Source: Candidatus Krumholzibacteriia bacterium
GTDB taxonomy: Bacteria > Krumholzibacteriota > Krumholzibacteriia > WVZY01 > JAKEHA01
NCBI GenBank assembly: GCA_035687255.1
Contig: DASRYI010000083.1
Span: forward strand, 1-42,360
Length of the DNA stretch: 42,360 nucleotides
Direction of reading: 5' to 3'
Shown: positions 1 through 7,235 of the stretch, piece by piece
How the letters are laid out: every line of letters starts with the position of its first letter
Numbering within the stretch: position 1 is the stretch's first letter
Position numbers and translations under genes: made by a program
The notes under the pieces: generated by a model
What the model was told of the DNA's origin: nothing
The model's input: only the letters and a program-made list of their open reading frames with translations
The model's database searches: none

Positions 1-384
1 CTCGTCGAGAGCGGGAACGTGATTGAGCTCCCGGGCCTGGACAAGCAGGCAATGCCGCCCGAGACGCGCGATGTGGTGCGAGACGGTCTCGGGACTGCAG
101 CGCAGCGCACGGGAGATCTGGCGGTTGCCCATGCATCCGACCACCATCATGACGATGCGTGGGATGAGGTAAGGACGCTTTTGCCAGTAGGTCGTCGCGA
201 AGGTCTGGGTACTGAAGTGACGGCGACATGCCAGACATGTAAACCGTTGGATACGGAAGGGAGAGGCTTGACGAATGTAGAAGCCCTTCCGTTTGTACGG
301 CCAGTCATGTAACAACGTGTTGAAGTAACGGCAGTTCGGGTTGGGGCAATGCGGCGGCGTCCACGATGTCGCTCTCGGTCCCAT
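1..384 (-). CDS. IS-type transposase, N-terminal 128 codons (partial; gene continues past the left edge)
   Basis: This open frame is absent from the supplied track because it has no stop inside the window. Hand translation from ATG 384 (alternative GTG 402; in-frame TGA at 421-423 upstream) gives MGPRATSWTPPHCPNPNCRYFNTLLHDWPYKRKGFYIRQASPFRIQRFTCLACRRHFSTQTFATTYWQKRPYLIPRIVMMVVGCMGNRQISRALRCSPETVSHHIARLGRHCLLVQARELNHVPALDE. It has two Cys pairs (CPNPNC ... CLAC, zinc ribbon) followed by an HTH-like segment. That is the layout of IS1/IS1595-type transposase N-termini. The family assignment is from memory only. Confidence 0.55.
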   Translation of the reverse strand, partial: MGPRATSWTPPHCPNPNCRYFNTLLHDWPYKRKGFYIRQASPFRIQRFTCLACRRHFSTQTFATTYWQKRPYLIPRIVMMVVGCMGNRQISRALRCSPETVSHHIARLGRHCLLVQARELNHVPALDE

Positions 385-436
385 GCATCGGACCAGGCAC
401 ACGGCGTGCCAGGGACAATTTCACGGCCACAACCAA

Positions 437-469
437 AGAAAAAGGGCGTCGCAAATGCGACGCCCTTTT
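437..469. terminator. Bidirectional intrinsic terminator
   Basis: Perfect 9-bp stem GGGCGTCGC (444-452) / GCGACGCCC (457-465) with loop AAAT. It is flanked by an A-run (437-443) and a T-run (466-469). It lies about 30 nt downstream of the stop of the minus-strand lipoprotein gene. Confidence 0.6.
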
Positions 470-492
470 CGGCACACCGTCTGTTCGCGCGT

Positions 493-1305
493 CTAGCGCG
501 TAAATACCTTGTCCAGATAGCGCACGTAGGCGAGTTCCGCGGTGCCGCAGAAGTAGTTCTTCTTGCGAAAATCCCACGGCTCGATGTCCTTGTAGAGAAT
601 GCCTCCCACAAAATCCTGCTTGGTCGCCATCAGCATGCGCAGCACGATCTCGAGGCTCGGTCGCAGGCCCTCCTTGCGCCCGGGTGCATAGCCCTGAATG
701 CGCAGCTTCGGCACCTGTCCCCACGCGGAGGCTTCGTATCCCGACAAGACCCACGCCGTGTCCGCCTCGGAGTAGGAGAGGCGGGCCTGGATCGCATACT
801 TCTTCCCGATCATGGCGCGCAGCCCTTCCGTGTCGTTCCACTTGAATACGCCCATCTGCACCTCGGTGTAGTCGTCGGGCGGCGTGAACGTCATGGCATC
901 CTGCGTGCGCGGGAAGGCAATGGGACGCCCCTGGGGAATCACGATCGAGTCCGTCGGGGACACGATGTTGTCCACCTCGAAATGGACGATCGGGCTGAAG
1001 GTCTTGGCGACGCGGAAGGTCAGGCTGTCGAGGGAGCCCAGACTGTCGACCTTGGCGGCAATGTTGTCGCCGGTGAAGAACTCCGTGATGTTTTCCTGCT
1101 TCGCGACCAGAATGTCGCCGAGCTTGTCGACGATCTGCGGGTAGTCAATTCTGTAGAGAAAATCGTCACTGATGACTTCGCCGGTGGTGGCCTCGCGAAG
1201 CGTGGCCTCGACATACGGGTCTTCGACAACTTGCTTCTTGTGGCAACCGGCGAGGCTCACCGCAGCCATGCACACAGCCCCAACCAACAACAACTCTCGC
1301 TTCAT
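493..1305 (-). CDS. Lipoprotein of unknown function
   Basis: Track frame 493..1446 trimmed to ATG 1305. MKRELLLVGAVCMAAVSLAGC is a signal peptide plus lipobox (L-A-G-C). GGAG lies about 10 nt upstream of the ATG. No domain is recognisable by eye. Confidence 0.75.
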   Translation of the reverse strand: MKRELLLVGAVCMAAVSLAGCHKKQVVEDPYVEATLREATTGEVISDDFLYRIDYPQIVDKLGDILVAKQENITEFFTGDNIAAKVDSLGSLDSLTFRVAKTFSPIVHFEVDNIVSPTDSIVIPQGRPIAFPRTQDAMTFTPPDDYTEVQMGVFKWNDTEGLRAMIGKKYAIQARLSYSEADTAWVLSGYEASAWGQVPKLRIQGYAPGRKEGLRPSLEIVLRMLMATKQDFVGGILYKDIEPWDFRKKNYFCGTAELAYVRYLDKVFTR

Positions 1306-1411
1306 CGATGGTTCACTCCTGGAGAATTGGACCGTTCCGAGCCCGTGCGTCCGCGGGATCCAGCACCTGTCCGGCATTCCGGTGGTCCGAATAGGGCGAC
1401 AGTAGAGGGAC

Positions 1412-1440
1412 ACGCTAACACCCGCCCCGGGCTCTGTCAA
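1412..1440 (-). promoter_or_regulatory. Candidate sigma70-type promoter of the lipoprotein gene
   Basis: Minus-strand reading: TTGACA (1440-1435), 17-nt spacer, TAGCGT (1417-1412). The -10 is weak. Confidence 0.3.
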
Positions 1441-1462
1441 CGACATCCGCCCGCCCGGGGGA

Positions 1463-1491
1463 TTGACTCCCCCCCTTCAGTAGACTAATTT
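1463..1491 (+). promoter_or_regulatory. Candidate sigma70-type promoter of the PBP-like/TPR genes
   Basis: TTGACT (1463-1468), 17-nt spacer, TAATTT (1486-1491). It sits about 50 nt upstream of the 1543 start. Confidence 0.5.
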
Positions 1492-1542
1492 ATTTCCTGG
1501 ACTGGGGCGCAATCTGCGAGTCGTGTTACCGAACAACTCAGC

Positions 1543-2538
1543 GTGTCACGGATAGGACCGATGGGGGATTCTCGCCATAGGCCGACGTGGCCCCTTGTAC
1601 GTGTTGCGTTCTACCTGCTCGTGGTGGTGGTGGTCATCCTGCTGCGCAGCCAGTCGTTCAAGGGCGGCGGCGGGACCGGGTTCCGGTTCTCCACGGAGAG
1701 CGACACGGTCAAAACCATCACGCTGGCCGGCGCCGAGCTGGCCCCCGAGCTGGTGCCCCGCATGATCTCGGACTACGAGTTCAGTTTTCCCAAACTGCAC
1801 GTCCGGATCGAAAACGGCGGGACTGCCCGGGCGCTGGAAGCGCTGGTGAACCACCGCGCGGCCGTCGGATTGCTGTACCGACCTCCGACTAAAGAAGAAC
1901 GGACAATCGTTATGTCGGCGGTGAGCGACTCAGTATTGTACTTCCCCATCGCGCTGGGGGGAATCGAGGTGCTGGCGCGCGACGACTCGGGCGTCGATTC
2001 GCTCGGCGTCAATGATCTGCGACACCTGTTGCGCGGCGAGGGCGTCGGCGACATTGAACACGTGTACGCGCCCGATCCCAACCAGGGATTGTGGGACGCG
2101 TTCCGAAGCTGCCTCGGGTTCGCGACCACGGCGCCGGTTCCGGAAACCGTCACCTTTCTCAAGGACGAGAACGAGGTGATCGAGTCGGTACTGGCGGATC
2201 CCCGCGGGATCGGCATCGGGAGCACGTTGAGTCTGCCCGACTCCATCCGCGACCAGGATCTGCACGCACTGTGGATCCGGGCGGACGGAGCGAAGGCGGC
2301 GGTTCCGCCGGGCAATCGGGAAATTGGCTACGGCGACTACCCGCTGTTCCATTATCTGTATGCGGCGTGTCTCGCCAACGGCAGCGTGCGCGGCGCAATG
2401 TTCGTGACGCACTTGACCAGCGATCGCGGACAACGGCAAATCGAGCGAGCGGGGTTTCTTCCCGCCCGGCAGACCGCACGCTCGATCGTCATCACACGGC
2501 ACCCGCTGGGTGGCAACGGTTCTAAGGAGGACGAATGA
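1543..2538 (+). CDS. PstS/PBP-like periplasmic substrate-binding domain protein with N-terminal membrane anchor
   Basis: GTG 1543 (alternative ATG 1561). There is a TM segment VAFYLLVVVVVILL. PBP-like type-2 fold features seen by eye are GGTARALEALVNHRAAVGLL, GIGIGSTLSL and GDYPLFHYLYAA. The stop overlaps the next start (ATGA at 2535-2538). Confidence 0.75.
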   Translation: MSRIGPMGDSRHRPTWPLVRVAFYLLVVVVVILLRSQSFKGGGGTGFRFSTESDTVKTITLAGAELAPELVPRMISDYEFSFPKLHVRIENGGTARALEALVNHRAAVGLLYRPPTKEERTIVMSAVSDSVLYFPIALGGIEVLARDDSGVDSLGVNDLRHLLRGEGVGDIEHVYAPDPNQGLWDAFRSCLGFATTAPVPETVTFLKDENEVIESVLADPRGIGIGSTLSLPDSIRDQDLHALWIRADGAKAAVPPGNREIGYGDYPLFHYLYAACLANGSVRGAMFVTHLTSDRGQRQIERAGFLPARQTARSIVITRHPLGGNGSKEDE

Positions 2539-4394
2539 CATCGATCTCTCATTTCGCGATTCGCCGGCGCATGCACGCGCGGGGCGCGACCGGCGCGCTG
2601 GCGATTCTGGCGATGTGCGTCGCGTTGGGCGGCCTGGTGGTCCAGGTCCACGCGCAGAAGAGCTACCGCTACGAGGATGATCCCATCCGCGGCGGCAACA
2701 AGGCGCTGGAAGACAACCGCCTCGACGACGCCAAAGCGAAGTTCGACGAGGCCATCGAAGCCGGTTATCAGCTTCCCAAGGCGAAGTTCGGCCTGGGCGA
2801 AGTGGACGCACGCACCGGCCGCTTCGAGGAGGCGGAAGAGCTCTACCGGGAGGCGCTGGACCTGAGCAAGCGTTCCGGCGAAAAGTCGTTCCCCGAAGCC
2901 CACGCCGGTCTCGGCATCCTCCTGATCGACTCCGACCGCTGGGACGAAGGCGCGCAGCACATCATGGAAGCGCGCAAGCAGAACGGCGGCTACTGGCCCG
3001 GTATCTATGGAGAAGCCCGCCTGATGATCCATGAGGACAAGCTCGACAAGGCCAAGTCGCTGCTGGACTACGGCGGCAGCCGGCGCGGCGTCGGCCAGGG
3101 CGAGGACCTCTATCATCGCGGACTGGCGATGTACTACATCGCCAAGAACGACCTCAAGGCCGCGGAGACCGAGGCGCTCACCGCGCTGCATCTCAACCCG
3201 GCCAATCCGCGCCACGGCAAACTGGTGGCGCTGGTGTACGAGAAGCGCAACGTTCCCGCGCTGGCCATCAACGCGTGCGAAGAAGTGCTGCGTACGCCCG
3301 GATTCACGCCTACCGCATCCTTCGTGCACTACACCGGAACGCTGTATCAGAAGGCGGAGCGCTACAACGAGGCGCGCGACAAGTACCTGGAAGCGGTGAA
3401 ACTCGATTCCACCTACACCCCGGTGCTCAAGGATCTCGCCCATCTCTACGCCATGGCCGACCAGTATGACCAGGCCTCCAAGGTCTATCTGCGCTACGTG
3501 CAGCTGGAGCCCAACGACATCATGGCGAAAGCCGGCCTCGCGGAAGCACTCGGCGAGTCGGGCCGTTACAAACAGGCGCTGGATACCGCCAACGAGGCCA
3601 TGAAAGCGGACAGCACCCACTGGCAGGTGCGGCTGGCCTACGCCCGGGCCGCCATTCACAGCCGCAGCCGGGCCGATCAGTCGCGCGCCGTGGCGGTGTA
3701 TGCGGCGTTGCCCGACAGCGCCCAGCTCCGTGCCGAGGACTACACGGCCATCGGGGCCCAGCAGATCGAGACCAATCAGCTGGACCTTGCCCGCGGCAAC
3801 CTGCACAAGGCCATGGCCATGGATTCCACCTACGCGGAGGCGTACTTCCAGAGAGGGCTCCTGAGTTTCAAGAACCAGCATCCGGATTCGGCGGTGACCT
3901 ACTTCCGTGCGGCCATCCGGCACGACAACAAGAAGCCGATCTACTTCCTGAACCTGGGTGTTGCCCATTTCCAGCTGAAGCAGGTCGACAAGGCGGCCCC
4001 GGCTTTCCGGGGCGCGCTGGCCCTGGACAACAAGCTGGTCATCGGCCACGTGCTGCTGGGCCAGGCACTGGTATCCGAGGACTCTCTGGCGGCCGCGACC
4101 CGGGCCTACAACGCCGCGCTGGCCATCGAGCCGGACAACGCCAAGGCGTTGCGGGGGCTGGGATTCATCCACCTGCGGAACGCCGAGTATGACGAGGCGG
4201 CCACCGCCTACAAGTCATCCACCGACTCGGAGCCCCGGAACGCGGACGGCTGGGCCGGTCTGGGGCAGGCCTACCTTGGCCTGCGCAATCTGAACGAGGC
4301 CGAGGCGGCTTTCCGCAAGGCCCAGGCGATCGACCCGAACAACGCCACGCTCAAACGCGGCATGGAGACCCTGAACAAGGCCCGCGGAGGTTGA
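2535..4394 (+). CDS. Secreted tetratricopeptide-repeat (TPR) protein
   Basis: Signal peptide ALAILAMCVALGGLVVQVHA. More than ten 34-aa repeats fit the TPR pattern (A..Y..AL..DP.N..A...LG), for example EAIEAGYQ, YRGLAMYYIAKND, YFQRGLLSFKNQ, WAGLGQAYLGLRN. It is translationally coupled to the upstream gene. Confidence 0.85.
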   Translation: MTSISHFAIRRRMHARGATGALAILAMCVALGGLVVQVHAQKSYRYEDDPIRGGNKALEDNRLDDAKAKFDEAIEAGYQLPKAKFGLGEVDARTGRFEEAEELYREALDLSKRSGEKSFPEAHAGLGILLIDSDRWDEGAQHIMEARKQNGGYWPGIYGEARLMIHEDKLDKAKSLLDYGGSRRGVGQGEDLYHRGLAMYYIAKNDLKAAETEALTALHLNPANPRHGKLVALVYEKRNVPALAINACEEVLRTPGFTPTASFVHYTGTLYQKAERYNEARDKYLEAVKLDSTYTPVLKDLAHLYAMADQYDQASKVYLRYVQLEPNDIMAKAGLAEALGESGRYKQALDTANEAMKADSTHWQVRLAYARAAIHSRSRADQSRAVAVYAALPDSAQLRAEDYTAIGAQQIETNQLDLARGNLHKAMAMDSTYAEAYFQRGLLSFKNQHPDSAVTYFRAAIRHDNKKPIYFLNLGVAHFQLKQVDKAAPAFRGALALDNKLVIGHVLLGQALVSEDSLAAATRAYNAALAIEPDNAKALRGLGFIHLRNAEYDEAATAYKSSTDSEPRNADGWAGLGQAYLGLRNLNEAEAAFRKAQAIDPNNATLKRGMETLNKARGG

Positions 4395-4415
4395 CGGGCG
4401 GCTTGCCTTTTCCGT

Positions 4416-4444
4416 TTGACTGGGGTGCGGGGGGCCGGTACAAT
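4416..4444 (+). promoter_or_regulatory. Candidate sigma70-type promoter of the exbB-exbD-exbD-tonB operon
   Basis: TTGACT (4416-4421), 17-nt spacer, TACAAT (4439-4444). Confidence 0.6.
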
Positions 4445-4561
4445 CCGGTTTCCCCGCGCCTCTTAGGTACACCCGGCGCACCAGATCACGAACGCACGGC
4501 AAACGACGCTTGAAGCGCGATGGCGGGAGCCACGCCCGCGCCAGATTTCGGAAGGAGCGGA

Positions 4562-5278
4562 ATGAAACGGTTTATCTTTTTCTTGATATTCGTCGCTTCG
4601 GTGACGGTTTCGTATTTCATCTGGAAGAATGCACCTGAGTACCTGAGAAAGGGCGGCCCGCTCCTCGTTATCGGTCTCACGTGCTTCTTCCTCACATTCA
4701 CGTTTACCGTCGAGCGAACGCTGGTGTTGTGGCGTGCGGGCGGCAAGGGTGGCATCACCAAGTTCATCCGTGCAGTCAAGGAAGGTATCCAGGCGGGCGA
4801 CATTGAGAAGGCCATCGAGGCCTGTCGTAAGCAGGGCGGAAGCCTGGGTAACGTGGTCGGCGCCGGTCTCGAGCGTTACGAAATGACCAAGCCGACGGCG
4901 GCCAACGACCGCGAGCTGCTCGAAGAAACCAAGCGGGCCATCGAAGAAGCGACCGCGCTGGAAAGCCCGATTCTCGAGCGCAACCTGAGCGCGCTGTCCA
5001 CCATCGCATCGATCGCCACCATGCTCGGCCTGCTGGGCACGACGATCGGTATGATTCGTTCCTTCCACGCCATGGGCCAGGCCGGTGCGCCGGACGCCGT
5101 TCAGCTCGCCATCGGTATTTCCGAGGCGCTCGTGAACACGGCGCTCGGACTCACGACGGCCATCATCGGCATTTTGCTCTATAACTACTTCGCGACGCGC
5201 GTGGACAACTTCCAGAGCTCGATCGAAGAGACCAGCTTCGAGGTCATGGATCTCCTGAGGCATTCGAAAGGATCGTAG
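4562..5278 (+). CDS. exbB: MotA/TolQ/ExbB proton-channel protein
   Basis: Track frame 4520..5278 trimmed to ATG 4562, which is preceded by AAGGAG. There are three TM segments. The family signature is LGLLGTTIGMIRSF...ISEALVNTALGL. Confidence 0.9.
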   Translation: MKRFIFFLIFVASVTVSYFIWKNAPEYLRKGGPLLVIGLTCFFLTFTFTVERTLVLWRAGGKGGITKFIRAVKEGIQAGDIEKAIEACRKQGGSLGNVVGAGLERYEMTKPTAANDRELLEETKRAIEEATALESPILERNLSALSTIASIATMLGLLGTTIGMIRSFHAMGQAGAPDAVQLAIGISEALVNTALGLTTAIIGILLYNYFATRVDNFQSSIEETSFEVMDLLRHSKGS

Positions 5279-5281
5279 TCC

Positions 5282-5755
5282 GTGTCCAAGAAGGGTCGAA
5301 TTGGCATCAAGATCGACATGACCCCCATGGTCGATGTCGCCTTCCTGTTGCTGATCTTCTTCATGACCACGACCTCGTTCAAGCCGCCGGAACAGGTAAG
5401 CGTCAAGTTGCCGGGATCGAAGTCGGATATCCACGTCCCGGAGACCAAGACGATTATTTTGACCGTGAACAAGGACGGGGAAACGTATATTTCCACCGAG
5501 GACCTTTCCAAGACCAACCTGGTCGCCAAAGAGGACCTCGTGAACGCGATTCTCACGTGGCGCGCCAAGAACCCCGCCGCCGTGGTGGTGCTCAAGGGCG
5601 ACCGCGACGGTGAGTACGGCAATATGGCCGACGTGATGGATGCGCTGGCCCAGTCGAAGACGCTCCGTTTCAACCTGATGACGGACATCAAGGACACCAA
5701 GGAGAAGGGCGCCAAGACGACGTCACACCGCCGTGGCGGTAACCGTCGCCGATAA
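5282..5755 (+). CDS. exbD: ExbD/TolR biopolymer transport protein (copy 1)
   Basis: GTG start. The signature DMTPMVDVAFLLLIFFM is followed by a periplasmic domain (VVLKGDRDGEYGNMADVMDAL). Confidence 0.9.
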   Translation: MSKKGRIGIKIDMTPMVDVAFLLLIFFMTTTSFKPPEQVSVKLPGSKSDIHVPETKTIILTVNKDGETYISTEDLSKTNLVAKEDLVNAILTWRAKNPAAVVVLKGDRDGEYGNMADVMDALAQSKTLRFNLMTDIKDTKEKGAKTTSHRRGGNRRR

Positions 5756-5791
5756 CGCCGTTGCAGGCCGCAGAAAGGGGGGAGGAAAACC

Positions 5792-6289
5792 ATGGCTGAC
5801 GTACAAACAGCAGAACCAAAAGGTGCGGGTAAAACTGCACTCGGGTTGCGCAAACGCAAACGCGTGGGCATCCGCGTGGACATGACACCCATGGTGGACG
5901 TGGCCTTCCTCCTCTTGATCTTCTTCATGGTGACGACCGTGTTCCGCCGTCCCCTGGCCATGGAAATGAACCTTCCCGAATCCGGGGCCAAGGTGAAGAT
6001 CAAGGAAAGCAACGTCATGACCATCTACATCGAAGAGGATGGAACGATGGTCTATGACGTGGGCAAGCGCGGCCTCCAGCCCCTCCCCTGGGACGAGCTG
6101 CGCCAGACGCTGGTGCTGGAACACGACTACAACCCCGATCTGGTCACGCTGGTCAAGATCGACCGCAAGGCCAAGTACGACCAGATGGTCAACATGCTGG
6201 ACACGCTGGACGAAGCCCAGATGACACGCTTCAGCATCGTTCCCATGACGGACCTCGACAAGACCGCGCTGCAGGGAGGCGGGCTGTAG
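5792..6289 (+). CDS. exbD: ExbD/TolR biopolymer transport protein (copy 2)
   Basis: A GGGGGAGG Shine-Dalgarno site precedes the ATG. Signatures are DMTPMVDVAFLLLIFFM and VKIDRKAKYDQMVNMLDTL. Confidence 0.9.
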   Translation: MADVQTAEPKGAGKTALGLRKRKRVGIRVDMTPMVDVAFLLLIFFMVTTVFRRPLAMEMNLPESGAKVKIKESNVMTIYIEEDGTMVYDVGKRGLQPLPWDELRQTLVLEHDYNPDLVTLVKIDRKAKYDQMVNMLDTLDEAQMTRFSIVPMTDLDKTALQGGGL

Positions 6290-7029
6290 TGGCGATCATC
6301 AAGCAGTTCTCGCTGGCCAATGCCGGCCAGCTTCCCGTCACCGGCGATCTCCATCCGCTGCGCAGGGAATTCACGCGCTGGATCTCGTGGAGCAACATCT
6401 TCTGTCTGGTCGTGGGGGGCGCGCTCTTTGCCAGCTGGTACGTGTATTCGCACCGCCACAAGGAAGACGTGGTACCACGCAACGTCCAGATTGTGAAGTT
6501 CACGGAGCTGGGCGTGCCGCCGTCGATTCAGAAGGAAGCCGCGCCCCAGGTGAACGTCGCGGAGAACATCGCTCCCCCGACCATCGGCGTACCCGAGCCG
6601 GTACCCGATGCCGAGGCCACCGAGTCGACCATCGCCTCCCAGGCCGAAATGTCCGACGCGCTGGCGCCGATTACCGCCTCCGACCTTTCCGGCGGCGGCA
6701 ACGACTCGCTGGTGGTGGACACCAGTGACAAGACCCCCAAACCGGGTGAGTTCGTCCCCTTCGACGAACTCCCGGTGCTCCTGAGCGTCCAGCCGCCCGT
6801 GTATCCCGAGATGGTGCGCGAAGCGGGCATCGACGGCACGGTGACTGTTCAGGTGCTCGTGGGCAAGGACGGGAAGGTCAAGCAGGCCCAGGCCGTCGAC
6901 GGCCCGGAGCCGCTGCGCGTGGCCGCGGTTACCGCCGCCAGGACGGCGCTCTTCAAACCCGCACTCCAGGGCACCAGCCCGGTGGAAGTGTGGGTCATGG
7001 TCCCGATCACCTTCCAGATCGCCAAGTAG
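6289..7029 (+). CDS. tonB: TonB-family energy transducer
   Basis: The GTG start overlaps the exbD stop (TAGTG). There is an N-terminal TM segment, a Pro-rich linker (PPSIQKEAAPQV..PPTIGVPEPVP) and a TonB C-terminal domain (PPVYPEMVREAGIDGTVTVQVLVGKDGKV...VWVMVPITF). Confidence 0.85.
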   Translation: MAIIKQFSLANAGQLPVTGDLHPLRREFTRWISWSNIFCLVVGGALFASWYVYSHRHKEDVVPRNVQIVKFTELGVPPSIQKEAAPQVNVAENIAPPTIGVPEPVPDAEATESTIASQAEMSDALAPITASDLSGGGNDSLVVDTSDKTPKPGEFVPFDELPVLLSVQPPVYPEMVREAGIDGTVTVQVLVGKDGKVKQAQAVDGPEPLRVAAVTAARTALFKPALQGTSPVEVWVMVPITFQIAK

Positions 7030-7081
7030 CCACCGGGACGCCCCGCGGCTTCGTGAAAACCGGCCAGGGCGCAGCTGCGCC

Positions 7082-7110
7082 TTGACGGCCCCGAAGGCCT
7101 GCGTTACCAT
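7082..7110 (+). promoter_or_regulatory. Candidate promoter of hppA
   Basis: TTGACG (7082-7087), 17-nt spacer, TACCAT (7105-7110). Confidence 0.4.
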
Positions 7111-7235
7111 CCCGGGCCTTATCCCTCGGCAGTTGCCGACCTGGACCTGACGACCATTTTGAGATGAAGAATCCGCCCGGTTCGAGTGCCACGGCGTGGT
7201 GCGGCCGACCGGAGTTACCCAGACGAGGAGATACC

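Noticed and set aside
19-312. A 97-aa plus-strand ORF at the left edge.
   Set aside because: It is antisense to the transposase frame, which has a clear zinc-ribbon/HTH pattern. The plus-strand product has no recognisable features.
7170-7200. The sequence GGTTCGAGTGCC, which resembles a tRNA T-loop, in the hppA upstream region.
   Set aside because: The flanking bases do not form a T-stem, and no acceptor or anticodon arms can be drawn. It is most likely a chance match.
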